Shown: piece by piece, positions 23,501 through 39,294 of the stretch
Layout of the letters: each line of letters begins with the position of its first letter
Numbering within the stretch: the stretch's first letter is position 1
NCBI GenBank assembly: GCA_000708835.1
Contig: DF237111.1
Location: 62,001 to 126,000, forward strand
From: Klebsormidium nitens
Taxonomy: Eukaryota; Plantae; Klebsormidiophyceae
Direction: 5' to 3'
DNA: 64,000 nt
The notes under the pieces: generated by a model
The model's input: the letters and a program-made list of their open reading frames with translations, nothing else
Database searches by the model: none
What the model was told of the DNA's origin: nothing
Program-made: the position numbers and the translations under genes

Positions 23501-26500
23501 CGTGCCAGGACATCTGAGGCTCGCTTCAAAATTTGCCAGTCCAAGGTCGCTTGAAAAGCACGGAATCTTCTGCCAGTCCAAGGTCGCTCGAAAAGCACGA
23601 ACGGGGCTACCTGGGCGTGGTAACGGACGGCCAAGCTTCTTTACCCAAGGAGAAGCTTTCTTTGCCGAGGGTAATCGAGTTCTACCTTGATGTGGGGCTG
23701 GAAGACCTCCGGGCTGTGGGACGAGAGCACGAGGCGCGTGAACACGAGCGCTTCGATCTTGAGGCTGGAGTTGGAGGACCGGTCTTCCAGGGCACGCTTG
23801 ATGCCCGGGACGAGGGACGCGAAGTGGTCGGCGAGGCTGTTGGGCAGGACCACCACGAGCTCCCGGAGCACGGAGAAGACGCCGACCTGCAATGGCGAAT
23901 CTCAGCGCCCTCAATGTGGCGCGGTTTATAACAAGACGGGTTCCCTTACAAGACGCTGTGGTAGAACGAGACTGCTTTCAGTGTGGTTTGCCAACTGTAA
24001 CCGGACTGTGCGGACCTCGAGAATATGGTGTGGAGTAAGTTACTGGCTATGATGCACTTGCTATTGATCGAAGCGTTTGCGTTCCTGACAAGCAGGAGAA
24101 GCAGTTTAGTCACTTAGTGGAGACAACCCTGACAAGCAGGAGAAGCAGTTTAGTCACTTAGTGGAGACAACGCTGCCGCGTAAAGGAATGTTTGGACATC
24201 TTACTCTGGTCTTGACAGACTTGTGCTTGAGCTGCTTGTTTAGCGAACGCACAAGCTTGGGCACTTCTTGTTGGAGGAGGTACAGGGGGCTGCAGGAGCG
24301 CAGAAGAATCAGCACTTCTTCATTTGCACGCATGGTTGTTCTTTGTACGTTCACATCGACCGGACCGAGACTCGCAGAGTTCTGTACCAAAGTATTGCGG
24401 ATCCCCCAAGCAAAAGATACGTGACTGAGCCTTTTTACTCATCAAATGCATAAGCATCCCCGACGATTAGCACCTTACCAGCCGACTCATGTTGGCAGGT
24501 TCTCAAAGACGAGGAGTTTTGGTGTCTGCCTGAGTTGCGGATCGATGGACTGTGTCATTGGCTGCACGAATGGTCGCCTACCTCGAAGGAGTGAGTTCCC
24601 CGCCCTTTGTGATGAGCCCCGTCTGTCGAAGAAGGTCGCTGAAGGCGTTGAACAGGTCAATCTGCAGGACAGACAAACGGCGTTGTGTACAACTGGCACA
24701 GATCTGTAAAGGTGCAGAACTACATACTGCGAGAAGGTCGGCAATCGAAGAGGAAGTTGCGCATCCAGGCACTTTCTAAATTGCACTGGCTGAATCGCCG
24801 ACATCTCGTGGTCTCCTGCTATTACTCAGCCCTGTTTGTCCGTGGTTGGAATATCTCACCTTTACATTCTCTTCCCGCTCCTTGAAGCGGTTGATCAGCT
24901 CAGGGCATGCCTGCACAGCGTGAGCGGCGGTTTTGAGGGTGCAAGTCCACAACCCCTGATCGATTCGAGACTGATGTGCAAGAGGAGCCGACGATGATAC
25001 AAGAACCTCTTGCTCGAAAGGAAGTCTACTGTCAGCAGAAACGTTTAATCTGGAGTCGTCTGGAAAAGTCGACCCCCCCTGGCCATCTGATTCTCTCTCA
25101 GAAAAGCAAGCACCTACCTTGTACGTTTTGAATTCTCTTCTTGAAGGTAGATCCTTTAGCTGGATCTACAAAGCCATCACGCACAACTAACGAGAGAGCG
25201 TCAATTACAGTTGGTCAACAAACCCAGGTACTGCAGTCCCTCACCTTCTGATAGAGCAGGGCAATCATCTCGGGCCTTGACGTGATCACCGCCGACAGCG
25301 TCTTTGCAGCTGCCCGCCGCACCTTCCAGCTCACGTCCTCATCATCGCTGTACTCGTCTGCGCTCTCCCTGCAGATCCAAACGCGCAGATTCAGTGTTTC
25401 AAATTACTCCCAGATGTTGAGTCGATCTTACCTTGTGTTACTCGATCACAGAGAAAAGACCTCTGTCGCAAGCAAGACCCTTCCGCGTGCCGCTTCACGT
25501 CTCCAAGCAACGGATGACAGCACAGTGCCTTGTCCTAGCTAACCGAGTCGGAGCTTCGAGAAAGGTTCGCTCGCTGTCGCCCAAACAGCCTTCATTTTCT
25601 TTCTCTTCTCAAGTCCAAGCTGAAATCAGGGGCGACGCCAAAATGTCGCTCATCGTCCTCTTCCTCCTCCTCCTCCTCATCCTCGTCTATGTCATCGCTG
25701 TGCTTCGGGTCGTAGCTCGAGAACACCAGACCACAAACTAGAGGTGGAATCAAAACGAATGCTGCTCACTCGTCCTCTTCCTCTTCCTCCTCCTCATCTC
25801 CCTCCTCTTCGTCCTCGTCCATGTCTTCGCTGTAGTTCGGGTCGTAGCTCAGAAACTCGAGTGCTAGGTTAAGGATCGCGTCCGTGTGCTCCGACACGTC
25901 GCGCGGGCAGCGCAGCACGAAGCTCTCCAGCGCCTGCAGGCTGTACTCGCGCAGCTCGTCGTCGTTCTCGGAGGCCTCCTTGCAGTATGTGATCAGCAGC
26001 AGTACAACCTCGCTCAAGTGGGGCCCGAAGCGATACCCAACGGAGCGGCTGCAAACAGAAGGAATATCTGCGTTGTGAACTGGCGAGGAATTCCGACATA
26101 TGCACGTGTGTTTCGATGATTGAAACTGAGCGACAGAAAGTGCATGTTGGAGGCCACGGCGAAACTTCGGGTGCACTGAAGCAAAAGAGTGGTGGCCCAG
26201 GATGTGAACCGGCAGAGCGACCGTTGAAACTGTCAACATCTGCAACATTCATGTGTGCTTCTTACGATGCGCCAATATTGCCGCCCTGGCAAGGCCCAAT
26301 TACAGATGCGAACGACCTCCATTGGCATCTCACGAGCACACTGAATTGGTGCTCAACTAAGATTCTCGTTGGTTAGCTCAAGAACCTCGTTTGGAAAGAA
26401 AGACCGGTCCCACTTACCTCAAGGATCCGATTGTCTGGATGTACGTTCTTATCATGTCCACTTTGAGGGACGTGTCCTTCAGCTGCTCGACTACCGCCTT

Positions 26501-28762
26501 CGTCGCTTGCCGGAGAAGATCGTCAGAGAGGCTAGCGGCCAAAGTGGCTGCACATGATGTCAACTCAACGAGCATCAGCTCAGGATACAGATTATGGCTG
26601 TTCATGTCCCTTCCTCAGATTACTCTCTCTTGAAACTAACCACAGAGCTAGATCTGAGGGAATGTACATTCCCGGCATGATCTCAGGTAACAGGACCAGA
26701 TGTAGGAATGTATACACCCTTTTCACTACCAATCTTGGAGGTCGTTTGAGTCTTTTTTCTGCAAAAGAATGCTCCAACTTCGATTGTGTAGATAATCAAT
26801 CCGTAATGTAAAAGCTAACAAGATACCTGGGTGGGCCAAGGAATCCTGTTCCAAGTCGTCGACTGACCCTTGACCAAGAGCTCCAAGCCGTGGCAACTGC
26901 CACCCCTTTTCTGTTAGCACCACCACAACACAAACATGCAGGTCTGTATAATCGACATGGGTCAACCATCTCACCGAGAGCTGTGGTGGCTCGTTTCCTG
27001 AGGCCAGCCTTTGGCGAAGCCAGCTGAACGAGAAGTGCCGCCAGGATCTTGCCGTGCAGCGGAACGACCAGGTGACCAAAGCGATGCAAGACATCGCTCA
27101 GGATGTCCAAAGCGTCGCTCTTGACTTCCACCGAATTATCCTGCAGAAGGTACTCGTGATGGGATTTTGTTCACCCATGTTCAAGACCACCCCGTGGAGG
27201 AATACTTCTCTGAACCTTGCTGGCAGAATCTCAAATCTTTCTGTTTGCGAGAGCGATCACTTGGAGAGCCACCTTAAAAAGGAGACTGATTGCACTCAAT
27301 TGCACGTCGTTATCGTAGACAACAAAAGAGTTCCTTACTCACATAAAGCCAAACTCTACACGTCACCGCGTACTCGGGTGCCATTGTGACATTGTTTGAG
27401 GACTTTTGAACCAATCTCGAATCTTTCCCAGTGACAAGGCAGCCCAAGACCAGAGTGAAGAGACTCTCTTACCTTTTCAATTGCGTCAACCAGGAGTGGA
27501 GTGAGTGTTTCCACCACTCCCGTTGCTGTCGGTCCATGCACCTCGGTCACGATTGTCTTCAAAGCAATACCCGCAATGTCCCGAACCTGCTCCTTGCCAC
27601 CCTTCCCAGTTGGTGCCACCGTTAGCTTCCCGCTGAGGAGTTTGACCATGTCCACAACGCGCGCTTCGTTCACCTTCTTCACGAGAGGGGCCAGGCTGCA
27701 GACAAGCAGCGACTGTGGTTTGTCCCTTCTTCTCACTCAATTGGGACTGAAAAATCACCAATCGTCAATTAGACTACTCGTCAAAGACCAGATTTTAACA
27801 TTGAGCCCCGACCTTTCACTGCTGACGCAAGTGAACAAGCACAACCGCTCTTGGAAAGCGTTGACAGGATGATTGACGACAGTCAATAACCATGATCTCC
27901 TCTCTGAAGCTCGAGAGAAGAGTCCAAGTGATGCCACCGAACTTGGCACCTCCGATACCCTTACGTTTGGTACACAAATGAAACCTCTGCTTGTCAAAAT
28001 GGAGAGGAGTTACCACAAATTGTCCTACTCAAGAGCCAGATCACGTCCCCTTGGCAAATTTTCTTGGCATCATCCGCAGCATCGTCTGGCCAGGGAGATA
28101 GTCTCCTCATAGTCCATCGTTTTTGAGTTGTGAGCGCACCATTTCACGGCAAGTCCAGAAATGTCCCCTGACTGGTCTTCCAGCTGTTGCAAAACAATCT
28201 GCACCACTTTCTTTTCTATCTCCGGGTCCGCTTTGAACGTGTCTTTCTGCAGCTCGTTCAGGAGGTCCGATGTGGCCATGTACCGAAAGTCCTTGTCCTT
28301 CGATGCAATCTGCGCAGATAACATTGTTCTGAGGATCCACGAAAACAAAAGCAGTGGCGATTCTGATGCCATGACGTAGTGACTCCTCTGACCCTCCTCC
28401 ACGTATACAAGCACAAACTCTCCAACTTATGGTGGTGCATACTGCCAAGCCAGGATAAGTACTGCAGGATATCTGAAAGACGAATCACATGCTGCAAAAA
28501 ACAGAATGGCTGGTTTTTATGGAATTCGTAACAATTTATGTTGGGATTACTTCAGGCGACAAATCCATACTTTTCTGTGCATGCTAAAAACGACGGTTGG
28601 TGGTTGAGCAACAAGCTACATAAGCACAAGGAACAAAAGCAGCAAGAAGTAGGCTTGTATTCCTACATCAACACAGGCATGCTAATGTGGTCAAATGCAA
28701 CTGTCACAACCTGGCAGTTTGCTCACCTTCTCCAAGATGAGCCCCACTGCAAGACTCGCCAT
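17529..28762 (-). CDS. CAND1: Cullin-associated NEDD8-dissociated protein 1 (HEAT-repeat)
   Basis: Exon 28762-28727 [12 protein letters not shown]|GTGAG, then [23 protein letters not shown]. Internal exons include [47 protein letters not shown] and [29 protein letters not shown]. Last exon ends ..ATDAMDAS* at 17529. Multi-exon; not all exon boundaries were mapped. Confidence 0.97.
18811..18990 (-). repeat. Two intronic echoes of a CAND1 exon end plus donor
   Basis: 18820-18863 and 18949-18990 copy the exon end [12 protein letters not shown]|GTG at 19131. Confidence 0.9.
23534..23600. repeat. ~37-nt tandem duplication in a CAND1 intron
   Basis: tgccagtccaaggtcgc(t/t)(t/c)gaaaagcacg x2. Confidence 0.9.
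24084..24171. repeat. Perfect 44-nt tandem duplication in a CAND1 intron
   Basis: cctgacaagcaggagaagcagtttagtcacttagtggagacaac x2, identical. Confidence 0.97.
25648..25722 (-). repeat. Intronic echo of the CAND1 acidic exon end
   Basis: Reads [22 protein letters not shown] vs the exon's [18 protein letters not shown] ending at 25770. Confidence 0.85.
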
Positions 28763-29385
28763 GATGGAAGCACACACAAAACTGTTGGGGGCTTCCCAAA
28801 CGCTAGGATCAATTCACTCCTTCACAGACAGCATTAGCTCGTCAAGGGCAGACGCGCTACACGGAGATCTAAAGATTGGTGGAAATCAGTAGCTTTTCCA
28901 GAAGAAAGACAACTGGAGATTGAAACTGAAAATTGGAGGGTGCTCTATCCAACGCCGCAATGCTCGGGTATCTTTCTGACACTTCCCTACTTACCAGCTT
29001 CCTGTGTCACTGTCAGTGCAGCAGCACAGCTCATCTTTTCTCTCATATCATGACATATGTATGGTGATCTCAGTTCGTCGGCGACCAACGCGAAAAAGAA
29101 AGGCTGGACGCTGTACATGGAAACCGAAAGATGGTCGCTGGATGTTCTTGACTCAACCAAAGATCAAGCTCAGTGCAAGTGACTCCAGAGCAGCAAACCG
29201 GCACTTCCAGGGTTCAAGAGCGTCAAGGGGTCGCTGCGTCTTGCCTAGATAAAATTTTATGCACAGTTCCTTTAGGAGCCCTTAAAATCTTCAAGGCTTT
29301 CACAGAGGAAGACACATTTGACGTGGAAACTTGGTTCTTCGCGAAAGCCACGACTCTGATCTGCTGATTCATAGAGGTGACAAAC

Positions 29386-33192
<3,807 letters not shown>

Positions 33193-33972
33193 ATATACGA
33201 AGCTGGACCCTCACAAAAGATTTTCCTTCCCAGCCGGTTAGTGCATGGCACCCATGCGCGTTTTCAACCCACCAGTTATTGGCTGACAAAAGTAAGCTGG
33301 CGTACATGTATATATTGGACGCAAGTTTGCAGGACTTAATAGATGGCTAGATTGGTGAAGTAATGGATCTTGATGTGGCCATAAGCCTGCCCGACAAGAG
33401 GCTGTTTGCATAGTAAGTTTGCAATGCACGGAAACACGATGAAGCGCAAGCAAAGGTAAACTTGGCCCAATCTTGGCGTCTAACTAAATTTCCTATATCT
33501 ATGCAATCGCCAGACCCGTGAGTCTCAGGTGGATTCGATTGCCCCCGAGCGGGCCCATCATCTGAGTGCGTGCCTGCCAGAAGACATGTTGCCGGGAGTT
33601 CCAAGATCGACCAGTGTTGCATGCGGGCCGAGCTAGACTCGGGAGTCGTCAGGAGTATCACCTAGCTACATATCGAGCCCTCGGGAGTCAGACTCAGAAG
33701 TCTGAAGAGGATCACGGGAATCACGTGGTCAGCGAATCATTGTTGCCGACAAGGTTTTCGAGCCGTCGATGCCTTCGAAACAGCGCTTTCAATACTTGCC
33801 ATCTGTCACGGTGACGTTTGCAATCGATCCGAACTTTCCACGGGAATCTGCCATGTGGCCATGCAGCTCGGATCGGGATCGAGCCGGATTTGATCCTGGA
33901 ACTGATTTCCAGGGCCGAAACAGTTGCACCTGAATCCTGATCCAAGCTAGAAAGTTCCTGTCTTCTGATGCA

Positions 33973-34578
33973 NNNNNNNNNNNNNNNNNNNNNNNNNNNN
34001 NNNNNNNNNNNNNNNNNNNNNNNNNNNNNNNNNNNNNNNNNNNNNNNNNNNNNNNNNNNNNNNNNNNNNNNNNNNNNNNNNNNNNNNNNNNNNNNNNNNN
34101 NNNNNNNNNNNNNNNNNNNNNNNNNNNNNNNNNNNNNNNNNNNNNNNNNNNNNNNNNNNNNNNNNNNNNNNNNNNNNNNNNNNNNNNNNNNNNNNNNNNN
34201 NNNNNNNNNNNNNNNNNNNNNNNNNNNNNNNNNNNNNNNNNNNNNNNNNNNNNNNNNNNNNNNNNNNNNNNNNNNNNNNNNNNNNNNNNNNNNNNNNNNN
34301 NNNNNNNNNNNNNNNNNNNNNNNNNNNNNNNNNNNNNNNNNNNNNNNNNNNNNNNNNNNNNNNNNNNNNNNNNNNNNNNNNNNNNNNNNNNNNNNNNNNN
34401 NNNNNNNNNNNNNNNNNNNNNNNNNNNNNNNNNNNNNNNNNNNNNNNNNNNNNNNNNNNNNNNNNNNNNNNNNNNNNNNNNNNNNNNNNNNNNNNNNNNN
34501 NNNNNNNNNNNNNNNNNNNNNNNNNNNNNNNNNNNNNNNNNNNNNNNNNNNNNNNNNNNNNNNNNNNNNNNNNNNNNA
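33973..34578. other. Assembly gap (606 N)
   Basis: Run of N; ORFs that cross it are artefacts. Confidence 0.99.
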
Positions 34579-35013
34579 AAGTAGGGTCTCCTTCTGATGC
34601 AACCTCCTGCCGTTGAATGCCTGTCTTTCAGGGCCACAAAGCTCCAATCTTGCTGGCATCATGATGATGGCAGCACAAATGGCTTCCGATGATCGATCCC
34701 CTGCTTGCATCCGGGTCTGCATGCATACCTATACATGATACAGGCTTCTATGACCTACCTAGCATTTCATGTCAGCTTGCATCTAGCATCTCTTCGCGAC
34801 TGTGAACCCTTTGTCATCATTGAAACTTCAGAGTTCCGGATTGCATCTTTGTTGAAGCAATCTTTGAAGAACCGCAGCTAGCTTTCGACATTTCGCGCTT
34901 GCAAATCTTACACTTTTGAACGCGTTTCTTCCTGGACTCTGCGCTGTCGACTGTTCTCAGCTGCACAACTCGCAACGTTAGAGCCATTTGTATTACTCCA
35001 TTGAAGCAGCAAG

Positions 35014-38000
35014 ATGGGAGACGCCAAGCACAACTGCGTCGGTTTCGCAGCTCGCGACAGTTCTGGCCACCTGGCGCCGTTCAACTTCTCTAGGCGGCCT
35101 GTGGGTGATGAGGACGTGTCGTTCAAGATTGAGTACTGCGGCATCTGCCACAGTGATCTGCACCAGGTCAAGAATGAGTGGGGCGGCGCAAAGTATCCGA
35201 TGGTGCCTGGGTAAGCTGGTCATTTAGCAAAGTTGGGGTGATGTTGTGTCTCGGTGTGCTTATCTTGCCTGGATCATGGTGGTGCGGTTCTCTCAGCTGT
35301 CGAGAGCATATGAGCATGCAATGCGGATCTGTGTGAATCTGGTGAAGATCTTGTCAAGAGTCCTTATTTGCAGCCCTCTTGATTGGTGTTGCTTTGCTGC
35401 AGCACTATTTGGATCCAGTAATCCAGCAAAGTTGGCTTCTTACTGCTCACTCAAGTTGACACTGATTGTAGTGGTGCGGGTTAATCTGTTTGTCACAGCC
35501 TTTTCAACTCCTGTCCTTGGAAGTGTGTGGAAGGGGAGGATTGGGAAGCGGAAGGATGGGAGGGGAATGGAGGAGGGTGCGCACTCAGCCGGGGAGGGGG
35601 GCTGAGGATGCCTGGAGAGTTGGGAGAGGGGGGTTGACGAAGTCAGGGGGCCTGGGCTTGGTCAACATTGGAGTACTGTCCAACTTGTCTGCTATTTATC
35701 AGAACATCTTGGACCTAGCAAGCATGCTCAGAGGAGCATGAAACATTTGACATGGTTGCATGGTTGCAAGAATTGTCCCTTTGAGTAGCTGATTGTCAGT
35801 ATATGGCCTACCGAAAATCATGTATCTTCAATCGAATACTCTCCCACCCATACCATCTTCTGGCTGAACCCACTTATTTTGATCCACGTTGCAAGAGCTG
35901 TCGAATCTGATTGGGTGTGCATGCTTGAATGGATATATTTTGTTCCAATGAAACTTCTTCGACTTTTCACATGCTTACAGAACTTTGGATTGCTTTTGGG
36001 TGAGCCTTTTCTAGGCGCTTTTATAGGTAATTAGTATCTTGCGGTAGCTGGATTGATGTGTAACCATTCAGTTTTATGTAACATGGTACTTGCCAATACA
36101 ACACTATCTTCTCTGAAAACTGGGGGGACTGGAGAAAGGCTGGAGTTGGATTAGTCACATCCTCACCGTCTTTCTCTATGAAGCGTTTTCCCCTTTGCGC
36201 AATCGGTTGTAACATGCTGATCAGTTGGTTATAGAATGGAGAGGACGGCAATCTCCATCTCTTTTATGAAAAAAGAGAAGTATTTGCAAAAGAACTAGAG
36301 TAGTTATCCTGAAAGAAAGTCCACGCCAAAGATGCGACGAGGGTCGTTCGTCTTCTTTCTTTCAGAACGGTTTGCATCTCCTCTTCTCTGGCTTCATATT
36401 GGTTCCTTTATTGGCTGTTGATATTGGATCTTTTGTTGTTTGGGAGATCTGTGTAATCAGCCCTAAAGCTCTGGACTTCATACCTGAGCCTTGTACAGAC
36501 ATATATTCTTTGCTTGTATTTGCTAGCCCACAGTTGGCTGACATGTCTTTTGTGTCAGGTCTTCCATTTTTTATTTTAGCTTGATTCAAAGTAGACTCCT
36601 TTTAGATCAAGCCAGACCCCTCTTTGAAGCAAATCCTGCTTTTCCTTGAGCACTTTACCCTCACTATCCTACTATTTGTTTCGCTAACATAGACGCTCAT
36701 CGTGCAGGCACGAACTGGTGGGCCATGTTGACAAGGTTGGCAGCAAGGTGACTGCCTTCAAGGTGGGCCAGAAGGTCGGGGTAGGGTGCATGGTGAATTC
36801 ATGCCGGGAGTGTGAGTTCTGCCAGCGTGATGAGGAGCAGTTCTGCGTCAAGGGGATGATCCAGACATACAATGCCACTGACGTGGACGGGACGCCAACA
36901 TATGGAGGCTATTCTGACTCTGTTGTCGTGAATGAGAAGTGAGTTGTTCAATCTGAAACTTTGGAACTCTTTGCCCTAAATGATCGTACGATCTGTGGCA
37001 TTGGAGGGGTACTTTATTTCCTCCAGCACAACTTGATTTACTTCATATTACCCTGGAATGCAGTGGGTTTTTTCTGCTCTCCTTGCTGTGGAACGTTTTG
37101 GTTGTGAAATAGCGCTTTCATGTCTCGAACTCATCTGCTGATTATACTACTAATTTGTTAAAGACTGCAAGACTTTAGCAGGACGGGGGAGCAGAAAAGC
37201 TTCTCTTCATCGTTTTCGACCTCGTTGTGTGGTTCATAATCCTGTCATTGTTTCCTTTAGTAACAGTTATTTTGAGTTCCAGCTTGCTTTCTTTGGAACC
37301 CCGTGCTAACCCATATTCCTAACCCGCCCTCAGGTACGTCCTCCGCATGCCCGAGAACCTCGACTTCGCCGCAAGCGCCCCCCTGCTCTGCGCCGGAATC
37401 ACAACTTACAGCCCGATGCGTTACTATGGTATGGACAAACCGGGCAAGACGTTCGGCGTTGTCGGTCTTGGGGGGCTGGGTCACATGGCCGTGCAGTTTG
37501 GCAAGGCGTTCGGCATGCACGTGATTGTCTTCTCCACGTCACCCAACAAGAAGGACGAGGCCCTCAAGGGTTTGGGTGCGGACGAGTTTGTGGTGTCCAA
37601 GGACGCAGAGGCGATGAAGGTGAGCGGGTGGCCCGAGGTCCTTTGCTTGTGTTTGTTGCTTGGGAGGACATACCTTGGACATCTCTTCTGTCAATGTTTT
37701 AGTAGAAGAGCCCAAGAGCCCAAGGCAAAAGTGGGTGTGAAGTTTGCTCTATTCACGATCGGGCGGAGGGTATCTCTCACGTCTCCCACAAGCTTTCCTG
37801 AGGAAAGCAGTGGTTTCAATGAGTCCCTTGTCTGGACATTTTATTCGAAGGGGGTAGACTTCGAGTGGCTTTGCGGACAGGACCGAGTCGAAGGGGTAAC
37901 AAAGTTTTAGTCAGGCAGACTCTGAAGCGGGAAGAGATTTTCCGCGTGCTTTGTTGACAAGAGGCCACTTCCCCTTTCGAGAACGGAAAGAGAACGGGTT

Positions 38001-39294
38001 TTCTAAGAACGGGAAACTTCTTCTGGAAAGCATTGTTCCAACGGGGAGTGGGGCCTGCTTCGAGCCCGCTCTATTCTGCTCATGGTGGTTGCCCCAGTTC
38101 TTCAAAAGTAGTTATTTTTTGAGTCCACTATGATTTGCTTACTCTGGTTTTCTCAATCTCCTCGAGCCCCATGATCTGCTCACATAAGTTGCCCGCTTCT
38201 GCAGGCACGTGCCAACACCGTCGACTACATTCTAGACACGGTTTCCGCGAAGCACCCGATCATGGACTACCTCAGTCTGCTGAAGCCCGACGGGAAGCTG
38301 ATCATGGTCGGCGTGTCGCCCGAGAACCTTGAATTCAATGCGGGGGGCATTGTGATGGCTCGCAGGATGATTGCCGGGTCCCTCATCGGGGGTATCAAGG
38401 TAAGTCAACAAAATGAGGCTGTTTGGAATGTTTAAGTTCGCTCGAGCAGGATTTGGGATCGCAACCAGATAGTGTTTGCTGTTTGATCTTGCAAAGTTCG
38501 TTTGCTTTTGGGAAGTGCAATTGGCGAAGGGCCTGGGAAGGTTATGTCGAGCACGTCGGACGTCCGTCTGATTACGAGTAGATGAGAAGCAGAGTAGATG
38601 AGAAGCAGACAAGCGACATCAGTCAGAGTGTGATAAGAGGACTGCTTTCTGGATGAAAGGTCGACTTTCAGAAATCTCTGGTTTTTTTGGCACAAGTTGC
38701 CTTTGCTAAACTACTAAACTGCCCGTTTGACTTTACTAGACTACGAAACTGCCCGTTTGAACTCTCACTTCGAACATTGCTTTGTGTTGTCACAATCGCT
38801 TTTTCTGGTGCCCTCGTGGCAATGACGTGTCGTACAGGTCCTCAAGCCTTCTGCGACTGCAGTGGCCTCTCTATGTTTTGCTTTGCTGCTGTCATTCTTT
38901 GACTTCTTTAAACAACTTTTGAAGTATAATCAATCAAGTTTTTTGAGACTCGCGACTGACGCTACTGCCCCTTGTCCAAACACAGGAGATGCAGGAGTTG
39001 GTTGACTTTTGTGGCGAGCACAGTATCGCGTGCAAGATTGAGAAATTGAAATGGGGAAATACTCTTAAACCCAAATGTCACTGACGTCACTGCTCCTCTT
39101 TTTAAAAACAGGAGACGCAGGAGATGCTCGACTTCTGCGGCGAGCACAACATCACGTGCAAAATCGAGAAGGTTCCCATGGAGTATGTCAACACCGCCAT
39201 GGACCGTCTCGTCAAGAATGACGTGAAGTACCGTTTCGTCCTCGACGTGGCTAAGACGCTGGGCAAGGCCGTGGAGAGCAGCAAGGAGGAGTGA
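35014..39294 (+). CDS. CAD: Zn-dependent NADP(H) alcohol dehydrogenase, cinnamyl alcohol dehydrogenase-like
   Basis: Exons 35014-35210, 36708-36938, 37334-37619, 38205-38399, 39112-39294. Motifs: [69 protein letters not shown]. Confidence 0.93.
38981..39045 (+). repeat. Intronic echo of the CAD last-exon start plus acceptor
   Basis: acag|GAGATGCAGGAGTTGGTTGACTTTTGTGGCGAGCAC.. vs acag|GAGACGCAGGAGATGCTCGACTTCTGCGGCGAGCAC at 39112. Confidence 0.9.

Noticed and set aside
33721-34722. Long ORFs spanning the N gap
   Set aside because: Artefacts of translating N. The shared 11-mer cttctgatgca on both flanks is too short to interpret.
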